Assembly: GCA_040399625.1 (NCBI GenBank)
Contig: JBBARV010000002.1
Span: 13,432 to 77,431, forward strand
From: Candidatus Nanopelagicales bacterium
Lineage (GTDB): Bacteria > Actinomycetota > Actinomycetes > S36-B12
DNA length: 64,000 nt
Reading direction: 5' to 3'
The notes beneath the pieces were generated by a model. The model was not told the origin of the DNA and did not search any database. It saw only the letters and a program-made list of their open reading frames with translations. A program made the translations under genes and the position numbers. This document shows positions 18,335 through 30,896 of the stretch, piece after piece (positions within the stretch are counted from its first letter, which is position 1; every line of letters starts with the position of its first letter).

Positions 18335-19567
18335 CTAATTCTTGCTTTCGCGGGCACCAGAGTCTAACGGTCCTAGTAGTTCGGCGAGTCGATGAACCAC
18401 GGCGTGGGCAACATTAAGTTTCGACCCTCGGATTGGCCCCGTCACATTGTGGGCTTCGACCAATAGGACTTCTGTATCATCTGAGCCGAATATTTGACCA
18501 TCGCTGACGTTGTTCACAATAATCGCGTCTGCGCCTTTGGCGGTAAGTTTCCCCCGTGCGAGCATGGCCAACTCCGCACTGCTCTCCGTGGTTTCAGCCG
18601 CAAATCCAAAAATAAGTGGTGTCACTCCCGTGCCTCGCTGAGCACAAATATCGGCCAGAATGTCGGCGGTCTGCTCGAGCTCAAGGCTTTGGACGCCCTG
18701 TGCTTTTTTAATTTTTTTCGCTGATTGCACGACCGGCCGAAAATCGGCAACGGCAGCGGCCATGATTACGCAATCAGGCTGCTCACCCATGAGGCCGACA
18801 AGAGCCTTGTGCATGCGCTCCCCGCTGAGAGCGTGAACCACGTCAACACCGGCGGGTGGATCAATATCCATGTGCCCCGCTACGAGGGTTACTCGAGCAC
18901 CAGCAGCAAGTGCCGCTCTAGCCAAAGCAACGCCCTGTTTACCGCTACTTCGATTTCCAATGAACCGAACAGGATCCCAATCCTCTTGAGTTCCTCCGGC
19001 GCTAATCACAATGTGCCGACCCAAAAGAGCTCCGGTATTGGCTTGGAGCTGGGCTTCGATCGCATCAAAAATCTGTTTCGGAGCAGGTAGCCGCCCGTTT
19101 CCCACGTCGGATCCGGTCAACTGGCCCGTGTCCGGGTCCAAAATTATGTAACCGCGTTTGCGCAAAAGGTCCACATTGGTTCGTGTTGCAGGGTGCTCCC
19201 ACATTTGAGTATGCATGGCAGGAGCCAAAACCACAGGAGCAGTAGCGGTTAACAGAATATTGGACAGCAGATCACTGGCAATTCCACGAGTTGACCGCGC
19301 CATAAAGTCCGCGGTTGCCGGTGCGATCACAATTAGGTCTGCGGACAATCCTTGGTCTACGTGGGTTACATTCCCGCCGCCATCCCACAGGCTGGTGTTG
19401 ACCGGATTTCCTGAAAGCGCTTCAAAAGTAGGGATACCAACAAAGCGAAGAGCATTGTGGGTCGGAACGACGTTCACGTCATATCCTGCTTGAGTGAGCA
19501 GGCGCAAAAGTTCAACGGATTTGTATGCGGCTATTCCTCCGCACACGCCCAGGATTACCCGAGGCAA
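18335..19567 (-). CDS. coaBC: Phosphopantothenoylcysteine decarboxylase/ligase
   Basis: GGIAAYK, APATA, PAMHTQM, DPVRFIGNRSSGKQG, GFAAET. Start set at TTG 19567 after AAGGA. Confidence 0.96.
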   Translation of the reverse strand: MPRVILGVCGGIAAYKSVELLRLLTQAGYDVNVVPTHNALRFVGIPTFEALSGNPVNTSLWDGGGNVTHVDQGLSADLIVIAPATADFMARSTRGIASDLLSNILLTATAPVVLAPAMHTQMWEHPATRTNVDLLRKRGYIILDPDTGQLTGSDVGNGRLPAPKQIFDAIEAQLQANTGALLGRHIVISAGGTQEDWDPVRFIGNRSSGKQGVALARAALAAGARVTLVAGHMDIDPPAGVDVVHALSGERMHKALVGLMGEQPDCVIMAAAVADFRPVVQSAKKIKKAQGVQSLELEQTADILADICAQRGTGVTPLIFGFAAETTESSAELAMLARGKLTAKGADAIIVNNVSDGQIFGSDDTEVLLVEAHNVTGPIRGSKLNVAHAVVHRLAELLGPLDSGARESKN

Positions 19568-19568
19568 G

Positions 19569-19892
19569 TTAGTCCTTCTCAACCTCGACGCTTGCAGCCG
19601 TGAGGCCGTTGTCGGTTCCACCTGATGCAATCTGTGATTCAGGGAATGTGCGCGCGGAGGTCAAAAGACCGGCGTCAATTTCGCGCAGTGAAATCGAAAG
19701 TGGCTTCTCTTGCGCCTGAGTCTCAACGAGTGGCCCAATGTATTCGAGGAGACCTTCACCCAGTTGGGCGTAGTAAGCGTTGATCTGACGAGCCCGCTTA
19801 GCGGCATAGCTGACGAGAGAGAACTTTGAGTCGGTCTTGGTTAGGAGGTCGTCAATGGAGGGATGGGTGATGCCTTCAGGGCGTGCGTTCAT
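19569..19892 (-). CDS. rpoZ: RNA polymerase omega subunit
   Basis: [12 protein letters not shown]...[16 protein letters not shown]...EKPLSI. Confidence 0.97.
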   Translation of the reverse strand: MNARPEGITHPSIDDLLTKTDSKFSLVSYAAKRARQINAYYAQLGEGLLEYIGPLVETQAQEKPLSISLREIDAGLLTSARTFPESQIASGGTDNGLTAASVEVEKD

Positions 19893-20482
19893 GAATCCTC
19901 ATTTCGGGGGTCAGAACATAACTCTAGCAAGGAGGTAGCGGTGAGGCTGACATCGGCGTTCACCAGCACGTGGTCGAACTCTGACATTGCTGCCAGTTCC
20001 TCGTGGGCGATCTCCAGCCGGGCAGCAAGCGCTACTTCGTCTTCGGTCCCTCTCTTGCGCAATCGGGCATCCAATTCGGCAACACTCGGAGGGGCAATAA
20101 ATACCAAAGTTGCATCCGGTGCCTGCTCCCGAACCTGGCGGGCACCCTGAACTTCAATCTCCAGAATTACTGGCACACCGGCTTCACGTCTGGCTCGAAC
20201 CGGCTCGCTCGGAGTTCCATAGCGATTCCCGGCGTATTCGGCCCACTCGAGCATCTGACCAGATTCAACCATCTCGGAAAATTGAGTGCCAGAGACGAAT
20301 GAATATGAAACGCCATCGACTTCCCCTACTCGGGGTGCGCGCGTTGTGGCTGAAACGGAAAGCCACAGCTTCGAGTTCAACGTAAGCGCGCAGGCCACTA
20401 CCGTGCTCTTACCAACCCCGGAAGGACCCGATACAACGATTAAAGGAGCAATTCGCTTAGAAGTTGCGATTAATTTCTTCAT
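19889..20482 (-). CDS. gmk: Guanylate kinase
   Basis: [22 protein letters not shown]. Confidence 0.97.
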   Translation of the reverse strand: MKKLIATSKRIAPLIVVSGPSGVGKSTVVACALTLNSKLWLSVSATTRAPRVGEVDGVSYSFVSGTQFSEMVESGQMLEWAEYAGNRYGTPSEPVRARREAGVPVILEIEVQGARQVREQAPDATLVFIAPPSVAELDARLRKRGTEDEVALAARLEIAHEELAAMSEFDHVLVNADVSLTATSLLELCSDPRNEDS

Positions 20483-21165
20483 GTTTGGTCAATTTCCCGA
20501 GCAATTGCTAGAGCCGCTAAATTGATATTCACCGCACCGGTGATCGGGCGACCGATCACAAGTAGGTCAGCCCCCGCCGCGAGCGCCTCAACCGGGGTCA
20601 TCACCCTCTTTTGGTCATCAGGGGCTGCACCAGCAGGACGCACTCCGGGGGTGATCAACACAATGTTGGAACCAACTTCAGAGCGAACCCGGGCGACTTC
20701 ATGCGGTGAGCAAACAATTGCCCTGGCTCCGGCTTCAACTGCTGACACGGCCTGGCGCAAAACGGTCTCCTGTGCTGGCGTACAAATACCGACTTCGCGT
20801 AGGACTTGGTCATCAAGACTTGTCAACACCGTGACTGCCGTTATGTAGGTCTCAGGAAGTGCCAAACATGCGGCTCTCACCATTTCTGGCCCACCAGCTG
20901 CGTGCACGGTCAGGTATTTCGGTGCGTATCGCGCTAGCGAAGCAGCAGCTCCAGACACCGTATTAGGGATGTCATGTAATTTCACATCAAGAAATAAATC
21001 ACATCCACTTTCGCGCACGAGATCAATCGCGTCAACCCCGATGCGATAAAATGTTTCCAATCCAATTTTTAGCGTGGACACAATCTCGCAAGTCTGCGCA
21101 ACCCATTCGCGCAGATCTTTAATCTCGCGCGAATCGAGTGCAATTGCAATTGGGGCGATTCCCAT
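20479..21165 (-). CDS. pyrF: Orotidine-5'-phosphate decarboxylase
   Basis: FLDVKLHDIPNTV, VTVLTS, TPGVRP, DDQKRV, IGRPI. Start set at ATG 21165. Confidence 0.97.
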   Translation of the reverse strand: MGIAPIAIALDSREIKDLREWVAQTCEIVSTLKIGLETFYRIGVDAIDLVRESGCDLFLDVKLHDIPNTVSGAAASLARYAPKYLTVHAAGGPEMVRAACLALPETYITAVTVLTSLDDQVLREVGICTPAQETVLRQAVSAVEAGARAIVCSPHEVARVRSEVGSNIVLITPGVRPAGAAPDDQKRVMTPVEALAAGADLLVIGRPITGAVNINLAALAIAREIDQT

Positions 21166-21189
21166 TAACAGCCTTCTTTCCTGAACCAA

Positions 21190-22245
21190 CTACTCGGAGA
21201 TGAAGTCCCATCCCTCATCAGTGCGATCTGCGACGTCGGTTGATGAATCAATCGCCAACATGAGATCAACGTCGCGATGTGCATAAGAGACTGCCTGCGC
21301 GAATGTGCCGAAACCACGACTGCGCAATTCCTGCTCCAATTCGTTTTGAATGCGCATTGGCGCAGATGGGTCATTAAATATAGAAGTACCAACAGATACT
21401 GCGTTTGCACCAGCAAGGACCATCTCGAGTGCGTCATGCCCGGAACGCACCCCACCCATTCCAATAATGGGTAGATCCGGGAGCGCATTTCGGATCTGCC
21501 AGATACACCGAACCGCAACCGGCCTAATGGCGGGACCAGAAAGTCCGCCAGTAACACCGGCCAATGCAGGTCGCATTGATTTCGTATCAATGACCATTCC
21601 CAGCAACGTGTTAATTACTGAGACACCAGTTGCACCAGCTTGTGCAACCGATGCAGCAATCTCAACGATGTCGGTTACATCGGGCGAGAGTTTTGCAAAA
21701 ATTGGAATCCTGTTGTCACTATTTCTTCGAACAGTTTGAATCACCTGTGCCGCCGTTTCGGCGTTGCAAGCAAAAACTTGACCCCGGTCTTCAACATTGG
21801 GGCAAGAGATATTCACTTCGATTGCATCAAAGCCGCCTGCTACCCGGAGTTTCGCTGCTACCTTCCCAAATTCTTCGACGCTTCCCCCCGCGATAGACAC
21901 GATCGTGCGAGCCCCACGCTGCTGTAACCAAGCCAAGTCATTTTCAATAAAACTTTCGACTCCAGGACCCTGTAAGCCAATCGAGTTGAGCATGCCGCTA
22001 GGTGTTTCTGCCATGCGGGGGGTCGCCCGACCTGAGCGCGGGCCCAACATGATGCTCTTGGTGACGACGCCACCAATTGCAGTTATGTCAAAGTAATTGT
22101 CCAGTTCACGTCCAGCTGCGGCGCAACCTGATGCTGTCAAAATTGGCGTTCTTAAATCTAAGGTGCCCAGACTTGCCGTAAAATCAAATGAAGGTTCACC
22201 GGAAGAATCTGAGGATCTTCCCGAAACAATCACCGCACCGGTCAT
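21190..22245 (-). CDS. pyrD: Dihydroorotate dehydrogenase family 1B, catalytic subunit
   Basis: TASGC, NSIGLQGPG, EVNISCPN, INTL, GGLSGPAI. Confidence 0.95.
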   Translation of the reverse strand: MTGAVIVSGRSSDSSGEPSFDFTASLGTLDLRTPILTASGCAAAGRELDNYFDITAIGGVVTKSIMLGPRSGRATPRMAETPSGMLNSIGLQGPGVESFIENDLAWLQQRGARTIVSIAGGSVEEFGKVAAKLRVAGGFDAIEVNISCPNVEDRGQVFACNAETAAQVIQTVRRNSDNRIPIFAKLSPDVTDIVEIAASVAQAGATGVSVINTLLGMVIDTKSMRPALAGVTGGLSGPAIRPVAVRCIWQIRNALPDLPIIGMGGVRSGHDALEMVLAGANAVSVGTSIFNDPSAPMRIQNELEQELRSRGFGTFAQAVSYAHRDVDLMLAIDSSTDVADRTDEGWDFISE

Positions 22246-23111
22246 GGACGAACTACCTCTTTACCGAGTGTGCCTTCGGGGATCGTGCCGATTTCGGACC
22301 AACGCACGCGATCGCCTCGAAATATGGGACCTTCCACACATGAACGAAGCATCCGGGTCACGCCGTCGTCGCCGATAACAGGAAGTACGCACGTCATGCA
22401 GACGCCGATTCCACAGGCCATCGACTCCTCAACTGAACACTGACTAAATACCTTACGAGTAGTTGACTCTTCGGCAACACTCGCCAACATCGGCATTGGG
22501 CCACATGCATAGACAACATCGACTTGAGAAGATTCTAAAATTGTTACCAAAGCGTCGGTGACCTTGCCTTGGACTCCGGCAGTACCATCATCGGTGGTGA
22601 GAGTGAGTGAAGTCGACACCCGCTTTAAGTCAAGTTCTCCATATAATTTACTCTCCGTGGAAGCCCCAATGATTGTGACGACCCGGCAACCACGATCACG
22701 CAAACTTTCGGCCAACATAATCAATGGCGCCGAACCGTAACCGCCACCAACAAGAACGCACGTGACCGGCTTAGTGGGTAAAGAAAATGGTTTACCCAGT
22801 GGCCCCACCAAACTCAAAGGGTCATGGCGACGTAATTTGGTCAACCACTGTGTCCCTTTCCCAACAGGAGACACGACAAAGTCCAGAGTCCCGCCATACA
22901 TGCCACGCGACTGCACCCGCTGGATCGCGAAGGATCTGCGGAGAATCATCGAGCTCTCCTCACCGCCCATCCCAACTGTGACAAATTGACCGGGATGGGT
23001 TCGCTCCGCAATGCCAGGGGCGGTGACCGACATCACGAAATATTTACCGGTGCGCTGGACATCAAGTACTTCGCCCATCACCTGTATTGCCCCGGAATTC
23101 ATGGGCGACAC
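22242..23111 (-). CDS. pyrK: Dihydroorotate dehydrogenase electron-transfer subunit
   Basis: LRRSFAI, GPLG, GGGYG, ACGP, MACGIGVCMTC [2Fe-2S] motif. Confidence 0.93.
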   Translation of the reverse strand: MSPMNSGAIQVMGEVLDVQRTGKYFVMSVTAPGIAERTHPGQFVTVGMGGEESSMILRRSFAIQRVQSRGMYGGTLDFVVSPVGKGTQWLTKLRRHDPLSLVGPLGKPFSLPTKPVTCVLVGGGYGSAPLIMLAESLRDRGCRVVTIIGASTESKLYGELDLKRVSTSLTLTTDDGTAGVQGKVTDALVTILESSQVDVVYACGPMPMLASVAEESTTRKVFSQCSVEESMACGIGVCMTCVLPVIGDDGVTRMLRSCVEGPIFRGDRVRWSEIGTIPEGTLGKEVVRP

Positions 23112-23112
23112 G

Positions 23113-26100
23113 CTACACGCCGTCCCAATTTACGCCCCGTGCATGCTCTTGGATTGACTTCACAGCTGGTTGGTCGTGGAGAAGTGAGTCAATCCCCTGC
23201 ACGGCGGCCGCTAACCCTTGCACTGTTGTAATGCAGGGCACACCACGCAAAACCGCAGCCGTTCGGATTTCATATCCATCTTTTCTCGGACCGACACCGT
23301 AGGGGGTGTTAATAATGAGATCGATTTCGCCATTATTGATCGCATCAATGGATGTTGGCTCGCCATGGGCACCGGTCCCTTCAAATTGTTTCCGGATGAC
23401 CCGCGCGGAAATGCCATTACGTTGCAAGATGTCAGCCGTTCCTTCAGTTGCCACAATATTGAAACCGAGATCAGAGAGTCGCTTGATCGGAAATATTGCC
23501 GCACGCTTGTCCCGGTTGGCGAGTGATACAAATGCGGTTCCGCGAGTTGGGAGTCCACCGGCAAATGCTGCCACCTGGGACTTAGCGAATGCGACACCAA
23601 ATGAGGTATCAATTCCCATGACTTCCCCGGTGGATTTCATTTCTGGACCCAGAACCGTGTCTACTCCGTGGAATCGGCCAAATGGGAGAACTGCTTCCTT
23701 GACCGCAACCGGGCTGCCCGGCGGCAGCTGACCGCCATCACCAATTTTGGGCAGCAACCCAATCGCCCGCAATGACGCGATGCTCTCCCCCGCCATGATT
23801 CGAGCTGCGGCTTTGGCAATGGGTACGCCTGTTGCTTTTGAAACAAAAGGAACGGTTCGAGATGCACGTGGATTCGCTTCCAAAATATAGAGAACGTCCG
23901 ATGCCAATGCGAATTGGATGTTGATCAACCCAATGACACCTACACCGGAGGCAATAGCGTGTGTTGACTTTCGGATACGGTCAATTTCCTCCCGGCCCAA
24001 TGTGATGGGTGGAAGTACACATGCCGAGTCACCCGAATGGATTCCTGCTTCTTCAATGTGCTCCATAACGCCCGCGAGATAAAGATCTGTTCCATCAAAG
24101 AGCGCATCAACGTCGATTTCCACCGCATCGTCGAGGAACCGGTCTACCAAAACTGGATGCTCGGGATTAATTTGAGTGGCTTTCTCCAAATAGTCCTTGA
24201 GCCGTTCTTCCTCATAGATGATTTCCATCCCACGTCCACCAAGTACGTAACTCGGACGAACCAACACGGGATAGCCAATTCGGTTCGCAATCTCTCTTGC
24301 CTGCTCGAATGATCGGGCGGTTCCGTGCGCAGGGGCTGGGACTTTCGCCTCGGTTAATACTTGAGAAAACATTTCTCGATCTTCGGCCAAGTGAATCGCT
24401 GCAGGTTGGGTACCAATGATGGGTACACCTGCATCAGCAAGTGGTTGAGCAAGGCCAAGAGGCGTCTGTCCACCGAGTTGCACGATCACTCCGACAAGTT
24501 CACCAGCTGCACTTTCTGCTTCAATGACCGCCATAACGTCTTCGAATGTCAACGGTTCAAAGTAAAGTCGGTCTGAAGTGTCGTAGTCTGTAGAAACAGT
24601 CTCAGGGTTGCAATTGATCATGATCGTTTCAAATCCTGCTTCACTCAATGTCATTGCTGCGTGCACACATGAGTAATCAAATTCAATTCCTTGACCAATT
24701 CGGTTAGGCCCAGAACCGAGGATGATTATTTTGCGTCGCTTCGATGGAACAACTTCGGTCTCGCTGTCATATGTCGAATAGTGATAAGGAGTTTTGGCGG
24801 CAAATTCAGCGGCGCAGGTGTCAACCGTTTTGAAAACAGGAAAGACACCCAGCTGTTTGCGTAACTCCCGAATACGCATTTCTCCGACACCGCGCAAGCC
24901 CGCTATCTGTAGGTCACTAAATCCCAATGACTTAGCTTCAAATAGGAGCGGAGCCAGCAAGTCAGGACTCTCACGAATCAGATCTGCCATTTCATTGATC
25001 CGCTCGATTTGATCAAGGAACCATGGATCAATGTTGGTAGCCTCGTGAATCTGCGCATTAGTGGCGCCCAGCCACAGGGCCCGTTGGGCCAATGTGAGTC
25101 TTCCGTCGTGTGGACGTTTCATGTCTTCAATTAACGTAGGAATTTCGCCCGCATCCCGCGGCTCATCCCAAGTGAAAATGGCCGACTTTTGTTCGGTGGA
25201 ACGCAATGCCTTTTGGAGTGCCTCAGGGAAATTACGACCAATGGCCATGGCTTCGCCGACGCTTTTCATAGTGGTTGTCAAAGTCGTATCGGCACCAGGA
25301 AATTTTTCAAACGCAAACCGGGGAACTTTAACCACGACGTAATCCAGTGTTGGCTCAAAGGATGCTGGTGTTTCTGCAGTTATGTCGTTTTGAATTTCGT
25401 CTAGTGAGTAGCCAATTGCCAGTCGCGCCGCTATTTTTGCGATGGGGAACCCGGTTGCTTTTGACGCCAGCGCGGAAGACCTCGACACACGCGGGTTCAT
25501 CTCGATCACAATTAGACGACCGTCATCAGGGTTGATCGCGAACTGAATATTGCAACCGCCGGTCTCCACACCAACTGCCCTGATGATGTCAATTCCAACG
25601 TCACGCAACTTTTGAAACTCGCGGTCAGTGAGTGTCAATGCTGGGGCAACCGTGATGGAATCCCCCGTATGTACACCCATAGGATCCACGTTTTCAATGG
25701 AGCAAACCACAACCACGTTGTCATTTTTGTCGCGCATCAACTCAAGTTCATATTCTTTCCACCCAATGATGGACTCTTCCAACAAGACTTCTGATGTTGG
25801 ACTCGCCTCGAGTCCCAGTCCAGCAATTCGAACAAGATCCTCCTCGTTATAGGCGATTCCCGAGCCAGCACCACCCATAGTGAATGAAGGGCGAACAACC
25901 ACGGGATAACCAAGTTCAATCACGCCAGCAAGTGCGTCTTCCATGGTGTGACAAATATGTGATTGTGCACTCTCAGCACCGATTTCTTGTACAATTTTGC
26001 GGAACTTTTCTCGGTTTTCCCCCCTTTCGATCGCCTCAATATCAGCGCCGATGAGTTCAACGTTGTACTTTTTCAGAATCCCAGCTTTATCTAATTGAAT

Positions 26101-26397
26101 TGCCGCATTAAGGGCCGTTTGCCCACCCAATGTCGGTAGCAGTGCATCGGGGCGCTCTTTAGCAATAACTAACTCCAAGTATTGCGTTGTTATTGGTTCA
26201 ATATAGGTCGCGTCCGCGAACTCTGGGTCGGTCATGATGGTTGCCGGATTCGAATTGACCAAGATCACGCGAATCCCCTCTTCGCGCAGTACTCGACATG
26301 CCTGTGTGCCCGAGTAGTCAAATTCACAAGCTTGCCCGATCACAATTGGGCCTGATCCGATCACCATAACTGACTTAATATCGTCGCGTTTAGGCAT
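23113..26397 (-). CDS. carB: Carbamoyl-phosphate synthase large subunit
   Basis: MPKRDDI...[17 protein letters not shown], duplicated ATP-grasp domains, MGS domain. Confidence 0.99.
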   Translation of the reverse strand: MPKRDDIKSVMVIGSGPIVIGQACEFDYSGTQACRVLREEGIRVILVNSNPATIMTDPEFADATYIEPITTQYLELVIAKERPDALLPTLGGQTALNAAIQLDKAGILKKYNVELIGADIEAIERGENREKFRKIVQEIGAESAQSHICHTMEDALAGVIELGYPVVVRPSFTMGGAGSGIAYNEEDLVRIAGLGLEASPTSEVLLEESIIGWKEYELELMRDKNDNVVVVCSIENVDPMGVHTGDSITVAPALTLTDREFQKLRDVGIDIIRAVGVETGGCNIQFAINPDDGRLIVIEMNPRVSRSSALASKATGFPIAKIAARLAIGYSLDEIQNDITAETPASFEPTLDYVVVKVPRFAFEKFPGADTTLTTTMKSVGEAMAIGRNFPEALQKALRSTEQKSAIFTWDEPRDAGEIPTLIEDMKRPHDGRLTLAQRALWLGATNAQIHEATNIDPWFLDQIERINEMADLIRESPDLLAPLLFEAKSLGFSDLQIAGLRGVGEMRIRELRKQLGVFPVFKTVDTCAAEFAAKTPYHYSTYDSETEVVPSKRRKIIILGSGPNRIGQGIEFDYSCVHAAMTLSEAGFETIMINCNPETVSTDYDTSDRLYFEPLTFEDVMAVIEAESAAGELVGVIVQLGGQTPLGLAQPLADAGVPIIGTQPAAIHLAEDREMFSQVLTEAKVPAPAHGTARSFEQAREIANRIGYPVLVRPSYVLGGRGMEIIYEEERLKDYLEKATQINPEHPVLVDRFLDDAVEIDVDALFDGTDLYLAGVMEHIEEAGIHSGDSACVLPPITLGREEIDRIRKSTHAIASGVGVIGLINIQFALASDVLYILEANPRASRTVPFVSKATGVPIAKAAARIMAGESIASLRAIGLLPKIGDGGQLPPGSPVAVKEAVLPFGRFHGVDTVLGPEMKSTGEVMGIDTSFGVAFAKSQVAAFAGGLPTRGTAFVSLANRDKRAAIFPIKRLSDLGFNIVATEGTADILQRNGISARVIRKQFEGTGAHGEPTSIDAINNGEIDLIINTPYGVGPRKDGYEIRTAAVLRGVPCITTVQGLAAAVQGIDSLLHDQPAVKSIQEHARGVNWDGV

Positions 26398-27511
26398 CTG
26401 AAACCATCTTTTCTAGAAATCTGTCGAATAGGTAGTCGGAATCATGCGGACCTGCTGCTGCCTCGGGGTGGTACTGGACGCTAAATGCATCTTGGTCGAG
26501 TAACTCGATCCCCTCCACAACATTGTCGTTCAGGCAAATATGGGAAATTCGGGCACGACCGTAGGTAGTGTCGAACTCCAATGATTCGGGTGCACGAACC
26601 GCAAATCCGTGATTGTGCGCGGTGATCTCCACTTTTCCCGTGGTGAGATCCTTTACAGGTTGATTGATACCCCGATGGCCATATTGCATTTTGTAAGTCT
26701 CTAATCCCAGTGCCCGACCAAGAATTTGATTCCCAAAGCAAATTCCAAATAACGGCATTTTAGCGTCTAGTGCTTGCTGCACTATCGCGATTGCGCCTAC
26801 CGCCGTGGCTGGATCTCCCGGCCCGTTTGACAGAAACACACCATCGGGTTCAAGGGCCAGAATCTCTTCCCAGCTCGTATTCGCGTTAACTACATGAACT
26901 TCAATGCCTCGTTGCGACATGCGCTCCGGCGTCATGGATTTGATTCCCAAATCAAGTGCAACGCAAGTGGCCTGCTTCTCACCCTGGGCTGCGATTACGT
27001 AATTTTCTGAAGTGGTTACTTGATCCGTAAAACTGGCTCCAAGCATGACCGGGGAGTCATTAACAGCTGCAATCAACTCGGCGAGGTTATCGCCGGTGGA
27101 ATGTGAAAATATCCCCATTCGCATGGCACCCCGATCACGTATGTGACGCGTCAGCGCTCGGGTATCAACACCCTGTATTCCAACGATTCCATGAGTTTCG
27201 AGTTCTTGGGCGAGGGCGCCGCTCGCCCGCCAATTGGACACAACACGAGATAATTCACGAACAACAAAACCGGATGGCCACATTTGGCGGGATTCGCCGT
27301 CTTCGTGATTGACCCCGGTATTTCCTATGTGCGGTGCAGTCATGACGACGATTTGGCCACAGTAAGACGGATCTGTGAGCGTTTCTTGGTAGCCGGTCAT
27401 ACCGGTTGAAAACACTGCTTCGCCAAAAGCATTTCCACTTGCTCCGAATCCTTTACCTACTAATGAGTATCCATCTTCGAGGACCAAGACTGACGGATTC
27501 GCAATTTTCAT
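26390..27511 (-). CDS. carA: Carbamoyl-phosphate synthase small subunit
   Basis: [41 protein letters not shown]. Confidence 0.99.
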   Translation of the reverse strand: MKIANPSVLVLEDGYSLVGKGFGASGNAFGEAVFSTGMTGYQETLTDPSYCGQIVVMTAPHIGNTGVNHEDGESRQMWPSGFVVRELSRVVSNWRASGALAQELETHGIVGIQGVDTRALTRHIRDRGAMRMGIFSHSTGDNLAELIAAVNDSPVMLGASFTDQVTTSENYVIAAQGEKQATCVALDLGIKSMTPERMSQRGIEVHVVNANTSWEEILALEPDGVFLSNGPGDPATAVGAIAIVQQALDAKMPLFGICFGNQILGRALGLETYKMQYGHRGINQPVKDLTTGKVEITAHNHGFAVRAPESLEFDTTYGRARISHICLNDNVVEGIELLDQDAFSVQYHPEAAAGPHDSDYLFDRFLEKMVSDA

Positions 27512-28044
27512 TCTGTACCCATCTCACTTTCCAGTAAACCAATCAATTGCTGATGCCCCTGCACGGTATCTGCCCGCACTCCTGTTGCAATTTGGTGATT
27601 ACCTAAATTCCAAACAAAAATTACAACACTGTCTTTGGCTCGCACGGTCCCGGCAACCCCTGAGCCCAATGTCACGTCAACCAGACTGGTCCGCGGGATG
27701 TAGACATTTGAGTCACCATCGCGTTCGAATAAGATTCCGCGCGAATCCCAACTCACCCGCGCCCGCGAGCGGGTTCCCAGATCATGGATTAATACTTTCG
27801 ATAGCCATTGGCCGTGCACCGAGGTACCCAGAAAGAGCGCTTCTACTTCCCCACCCGGCTCAAAGCCATTTGGTGCCGCCCGCATGGGAGCTGGCAAATC
27901 AGATAAACCGAAACGATCACCCCTGCGCATTCTGCGCCAACTGCGCAGCATGAGCAGCAGCACACCCACGATTATTAACAACATCACAGCCACCAAAGCT
28001 ATCCGCAATGGCCACTGGGTGACTTCCATCGAGGACTCATCCAT
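27508..28044 (-). CDS. Conserved actinobacterial membrane-anchored (PH-like domain) protein between pyrC and carA
   Basis: N-terminal TM helix followed by basic residues, W.S.V..HDLGTRSRA motif, conserved position, overlaps both neighbours. Confidence 0.75.
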   Translation of the reverse strand: MDESSMEVTQWPLRIALVAVMLLIIVGVLLLMLRSWRRMRRGDRFGLSDLPAPMRAAPNGFEPGGEVEALFLGTSVHGQWLSKVLIHDLGTRSRARVSWDSRGILFERDGDSNVYIPRTSLVDVTLGSGVAGTVRAKDSVVIFVWNLGNHQIATGVRADTVQGHQQLIGLLESEMGTE

Positions 28045-29332
28045 TCAGCTCACCACCACTCACGTTATGGACTCCATGGAAAAATACGTCGGTGACGCTC
28101 ACCGGGAGGATCATTCCGGCGAATGGCGTGTTGCCCGAGAGGGATGCAAGTTGGGAAGAAACGACCTCACGGGTCTTCTCGGGATCGATCAGCACAATGT
28201 GGGCTGGTTCACCGATGGCAAGTGGACGTCCGTGACCCACTGCACGTCCAATTTGCGCGGGTGCACTTGACATGCGCTTGCTCAAAGTACGCCAACTCCA
28301 ATCAGGTGTTTCCGACATCGCCGCTACAACCACGCCAAGGGCCGTTTCAAGGCCCAACATGCCAAAGGCGGCACTGTCCCACTCGCAATCCTTGGATTCA
28401 TGTGGGTGGGGTGCGTGATCTGTTGCCACGATATCAAGCGTGCCGTCAGCTAATGCTGCCCGCAACGCCAAAGTATCCGCGTGCGACCGCAGCGGTGGAT
28501 TCACCTTATAAACCGGGTCAAAACTCGACACCAAATCCTCCGTGAGCAACAAATGGTGCGGGGTGACTTCAGCAGTGACCCTGATTCCCATCTCCTTCGC
28601 CCATCGAATAATTGCGACGCTACCCGACGTCGATACATGACAAATATGAAGTCGCGAGTCGACGTGTGAGGCAAGAAGCACGTCACGGGCGATAATCGCC
28701 TCTTCAGCGACGGCAGGCCAACCCGTTAATCCCAAAATTCCCGACAGTTCCCCTTCATTCATTTGTGCGCCCTGGGTTAGACGTGGATCCTGAGCATGTT
28801 GGGAGATTACCCCATCAAATGTTTTCACATATTCCAACGCGCGTCGCATGAGAAGTGGGTCGGATACGCAATTCCCGTCGTCACTAAAAACAGTTACTTT
28901 TGCCGCAGATGCCGCCATTGCGCCCAACTCTGCCAACGCTTCACCCTGTAAGCCAACGCTGACCGCACCGATAGGAAATACATCAACAAGACCCGTTTCC
29001 CGACCAATTCTCCACACTTGTTCAACAACACCAGCTGTGTCTGCTACCGGGTTCGTGTTCGCCATAGCGAACACTGCGGAGAATCCACCTAGTGTTGCCG
29101 CACGCGATCCTGATGCAATCGTCTCAGCGTCCTCGCGTCCAGGTTCACGAAGATGCGTATGCAGGTCGACAAATGATGGAAGGCTAATCAACTCATGTGC
29201 TTGTATCAATCGGTGACTACCAGGCTCTAAGTCACTCCCAATCTCAGTAATTAGACCGTTAGTTACACGGATATCACTGATCTGTTCACCATAAGGCCGG
29301 GAACCAACAATTAGGTATGAATTAAGCAACAC
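28037..29332 (-). CDS. pyrC: Dihydroorotase
   Basis: [31 protein letters not shown]. Start set at GTG 29332 after GGAGGA. Confidence 0.97.
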   Translation of the reverse strand: MLLNSYLIVGSRPYGEQISDIRVTNGLITEIGSDLEPGSHRLIQAHELISLPSFVDLHTHLREPGREDAETIASGSRAATLGGFSAVFAMANTNPVADTAGVVEQVWRIGRETGLVDVFPIGAVSVGLQGEALAELGAMAASAAKVTVFSDDGNCVSDPLLMRRALEYVKTFDGVISQHAQDPRLTQGAQMNEGELSGILGLTGWPAVAEEAIIARDVLLASHVDSRLHICHVSTSGSVAIIRWAKEMGIRVTAEVTPHHLLLTEDLVSSFDPVYKVNPPLRSHADTLALRAALADGTLDIVATDHAPHPHESKDCEWDSAAFGMLGLETALGVVVAAMSETPDWSWRTLSKRMSSAPAQIGRAVGHGRPLAIGEPAHIVLIDPEKTREVVSSQLASLSGNTPFAGMILPVSVTDVFFHGVHNVSGGELNG

Positions 29333-30260
29333 TGACATCTCCTCCGATGAGTAAATACATGACTGCCATGCGAACTTTGAGTCCGTTGGCAACCTGCTCG
29401 GTAATCACACTTCGAGTACCGTCTGCAACTTCGGCGGTGATTTCGACACCACGATTCATAGGTCCGGGGTGCATAACAATCGCGTGGGCGGGAAGCGCTG
29501 CCGCACGAGAACGATTAAGCCCGAATGAACGACTGTATTCAAGTTCGCTGGGAAAAAAAGATCCATTCATGCGTTCCTGTTGCACGCGAAGCATCATGAT
29601 CACGTCCAGATGAGGCAAGGCGGCATCGAGTGAATAGCTCACGGTGCAGGGCCAATTCTCAATCCGGACGGGCAACAAAGTTGGTGGGCCAATGACCACG
29701 ACCTTGGCGCCGAGACTTGCTAAAAGGAAAATATTTGAACGGGCAACTCTGGAGTGCAGTACATCACCAACAATGCCAATTGTTAATCCACCGAAATCCA
29801 CGGCCTCCGGGCGCAGGTGTGCTCGGATAGTTAGTGCATCTGCCAAGGCTTGAGTCGGATGTTCATGCTTTCCATCACCTGCATTAAGCACCCTTGAATC
29901 CAACCAGCCGGCATGTGCCAACCTGTGCGCTGCACCGGGTGAAGGGTGCCGCACAACAATCATGTCAGCGCCCATGGCTTTCAGGGTCAGGGCAGTGTCT
30001 TTGAGACTCTCACCTTTTGAAACACTCGAACCCTTTGCTGAGACTGTAACTACGTCGGCAGAAAGCCTTTTTGCAGCACGTTCAAATGAGAGGCGAGTTC
30101 GAGTTGAGTCTTCATAAAAAAGATTGACAACGGTTCTGCCGCGCAAAGTGGGAAGCAACTTACTGCCCCCATTGGTTACCCGGTCAAGTTCACGAGCGGT
30201 GTCGAGAATATGCAAAGTGTCAGAACGACTGAGATCCTGAACAGAGATGAGGTGCTTCAT
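29322..30260 (-). CDS. pyrB: Aspartate carbamoyltransferase catalytic subunit
   Basis: [24 protein letters not shown]. Confidence 0.98.
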   Translation of the reverse strand: MKHLISVQDLSRSDTLHILDTARELDRVTNGGSKLLPTLRGRTVVNLFYEDSTRTRLSFERAAKRLSADVVTVSAKGSSVSKGESLKDTALTLKAMGADMIVVRHPSPGAAHRLAHAGWLDSRVLNAGDGKHEHPTQALADALTIRAHLRPEAVDFGGLTIGIVGDVLHSRVARSNIFLLASLGAKVVVIGPPTLLPVRIENWPCTVSYSLDAALPHLDVIMMLRVQQERMNGSFFPSELEYSRSFGLNRSRAAALPAHAIVMHPGPMNRGVEITAEVADGTRSVITEQVANGLKVRMAVMYLLIGGDVSVA

Positions 30261-30856
30261 GCCATGCCCTCGGTCGATTCATTTGTGGATTGAATTACTA
30301 CCTGGTCGATTGAATCTATCTCCCTCAGATGCACCGAAACGTTTTCACTCAGTGAGGTCGGGAGGTTCTTACCGACATAGTCCGCCCGGATGGGTAATTC
30401 TCGATGGCCACGGTCAACTAAGACAGCCAATTGGACCACTGCGGGTCGGCCATATTCATTTAGTGCATCAAGAGCGGCTCGAATCGTACGTCCAGAGAAA
30501 AGGACATCGTCGACCAAAATAACTATTTTGTCTTCTATTCCGGTGCCCGGTATCAGCGTTGTTTCGAGTGCTTTTGAAGGGCGCAAACGAAGGTCGTCCC
30601 GGAAAAGGGTTACGTCGAGTGAGCCAACCGGGACTGCGACACCCTCTATCTCCCCAATATTTCTGGCTAAACGCTGGGCAAGTGGCACACCCCGCGTGGG
30701 AATTCCCAAGATCACCAGATTGCTGACATCTTTGACGTTTTCAACCACTTGATGGGCAAGCCTGCGCAGTGCCCGGGAGATGTCGTCGGGGTCCGCAACT
30801 ATTCGACTGCCCTTGCGAGGGGGGCCCGGCAAAGCCGTGTCGAGGTGTTTCGTCAT
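30257..30856 (-). CDS. pyrR: PyrR pyrimidine regulator / uracil phosphoribosyltransferase
   Basis: [35 protein letters not shown]. Confidence 0.98.
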   Translation of the reverse strand: MTKHLDTALPGPPRKGSRIVADPDDISRALRRLAHQVVENVKDVSNLVILGIPTRGVPLAQRLARNIGEIEGVAVPVGSLDVTLFRDDLRLRPSKALETTLIPGTGIEDKIVILVDDVLFSGRTIRAALDALNEYGRPAVVQLAVLVDRGHRELPIRADYVGKNLPTSLSENVSVHLREIDSIDQVVIQSTNESTEGMA

Positions 30857-30864
30857 GTTATTGT

Positions 30865-30896
30865 CCTTCCCCGCCTCACTGGACGGGTATTAAAGG
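30865..30896 (-). promoter_or_regulatory. PyrR-binding RNA loop overlapping the pyrR SD
   Basis: CCTTTAA-TA-CCCG-TCCAGTGAGG-CGGGG-AAGG, matching the UCCNGNGAGG PyrR consensus; its 3' strand contains the AAGGA SD. Confidence 0.88.
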
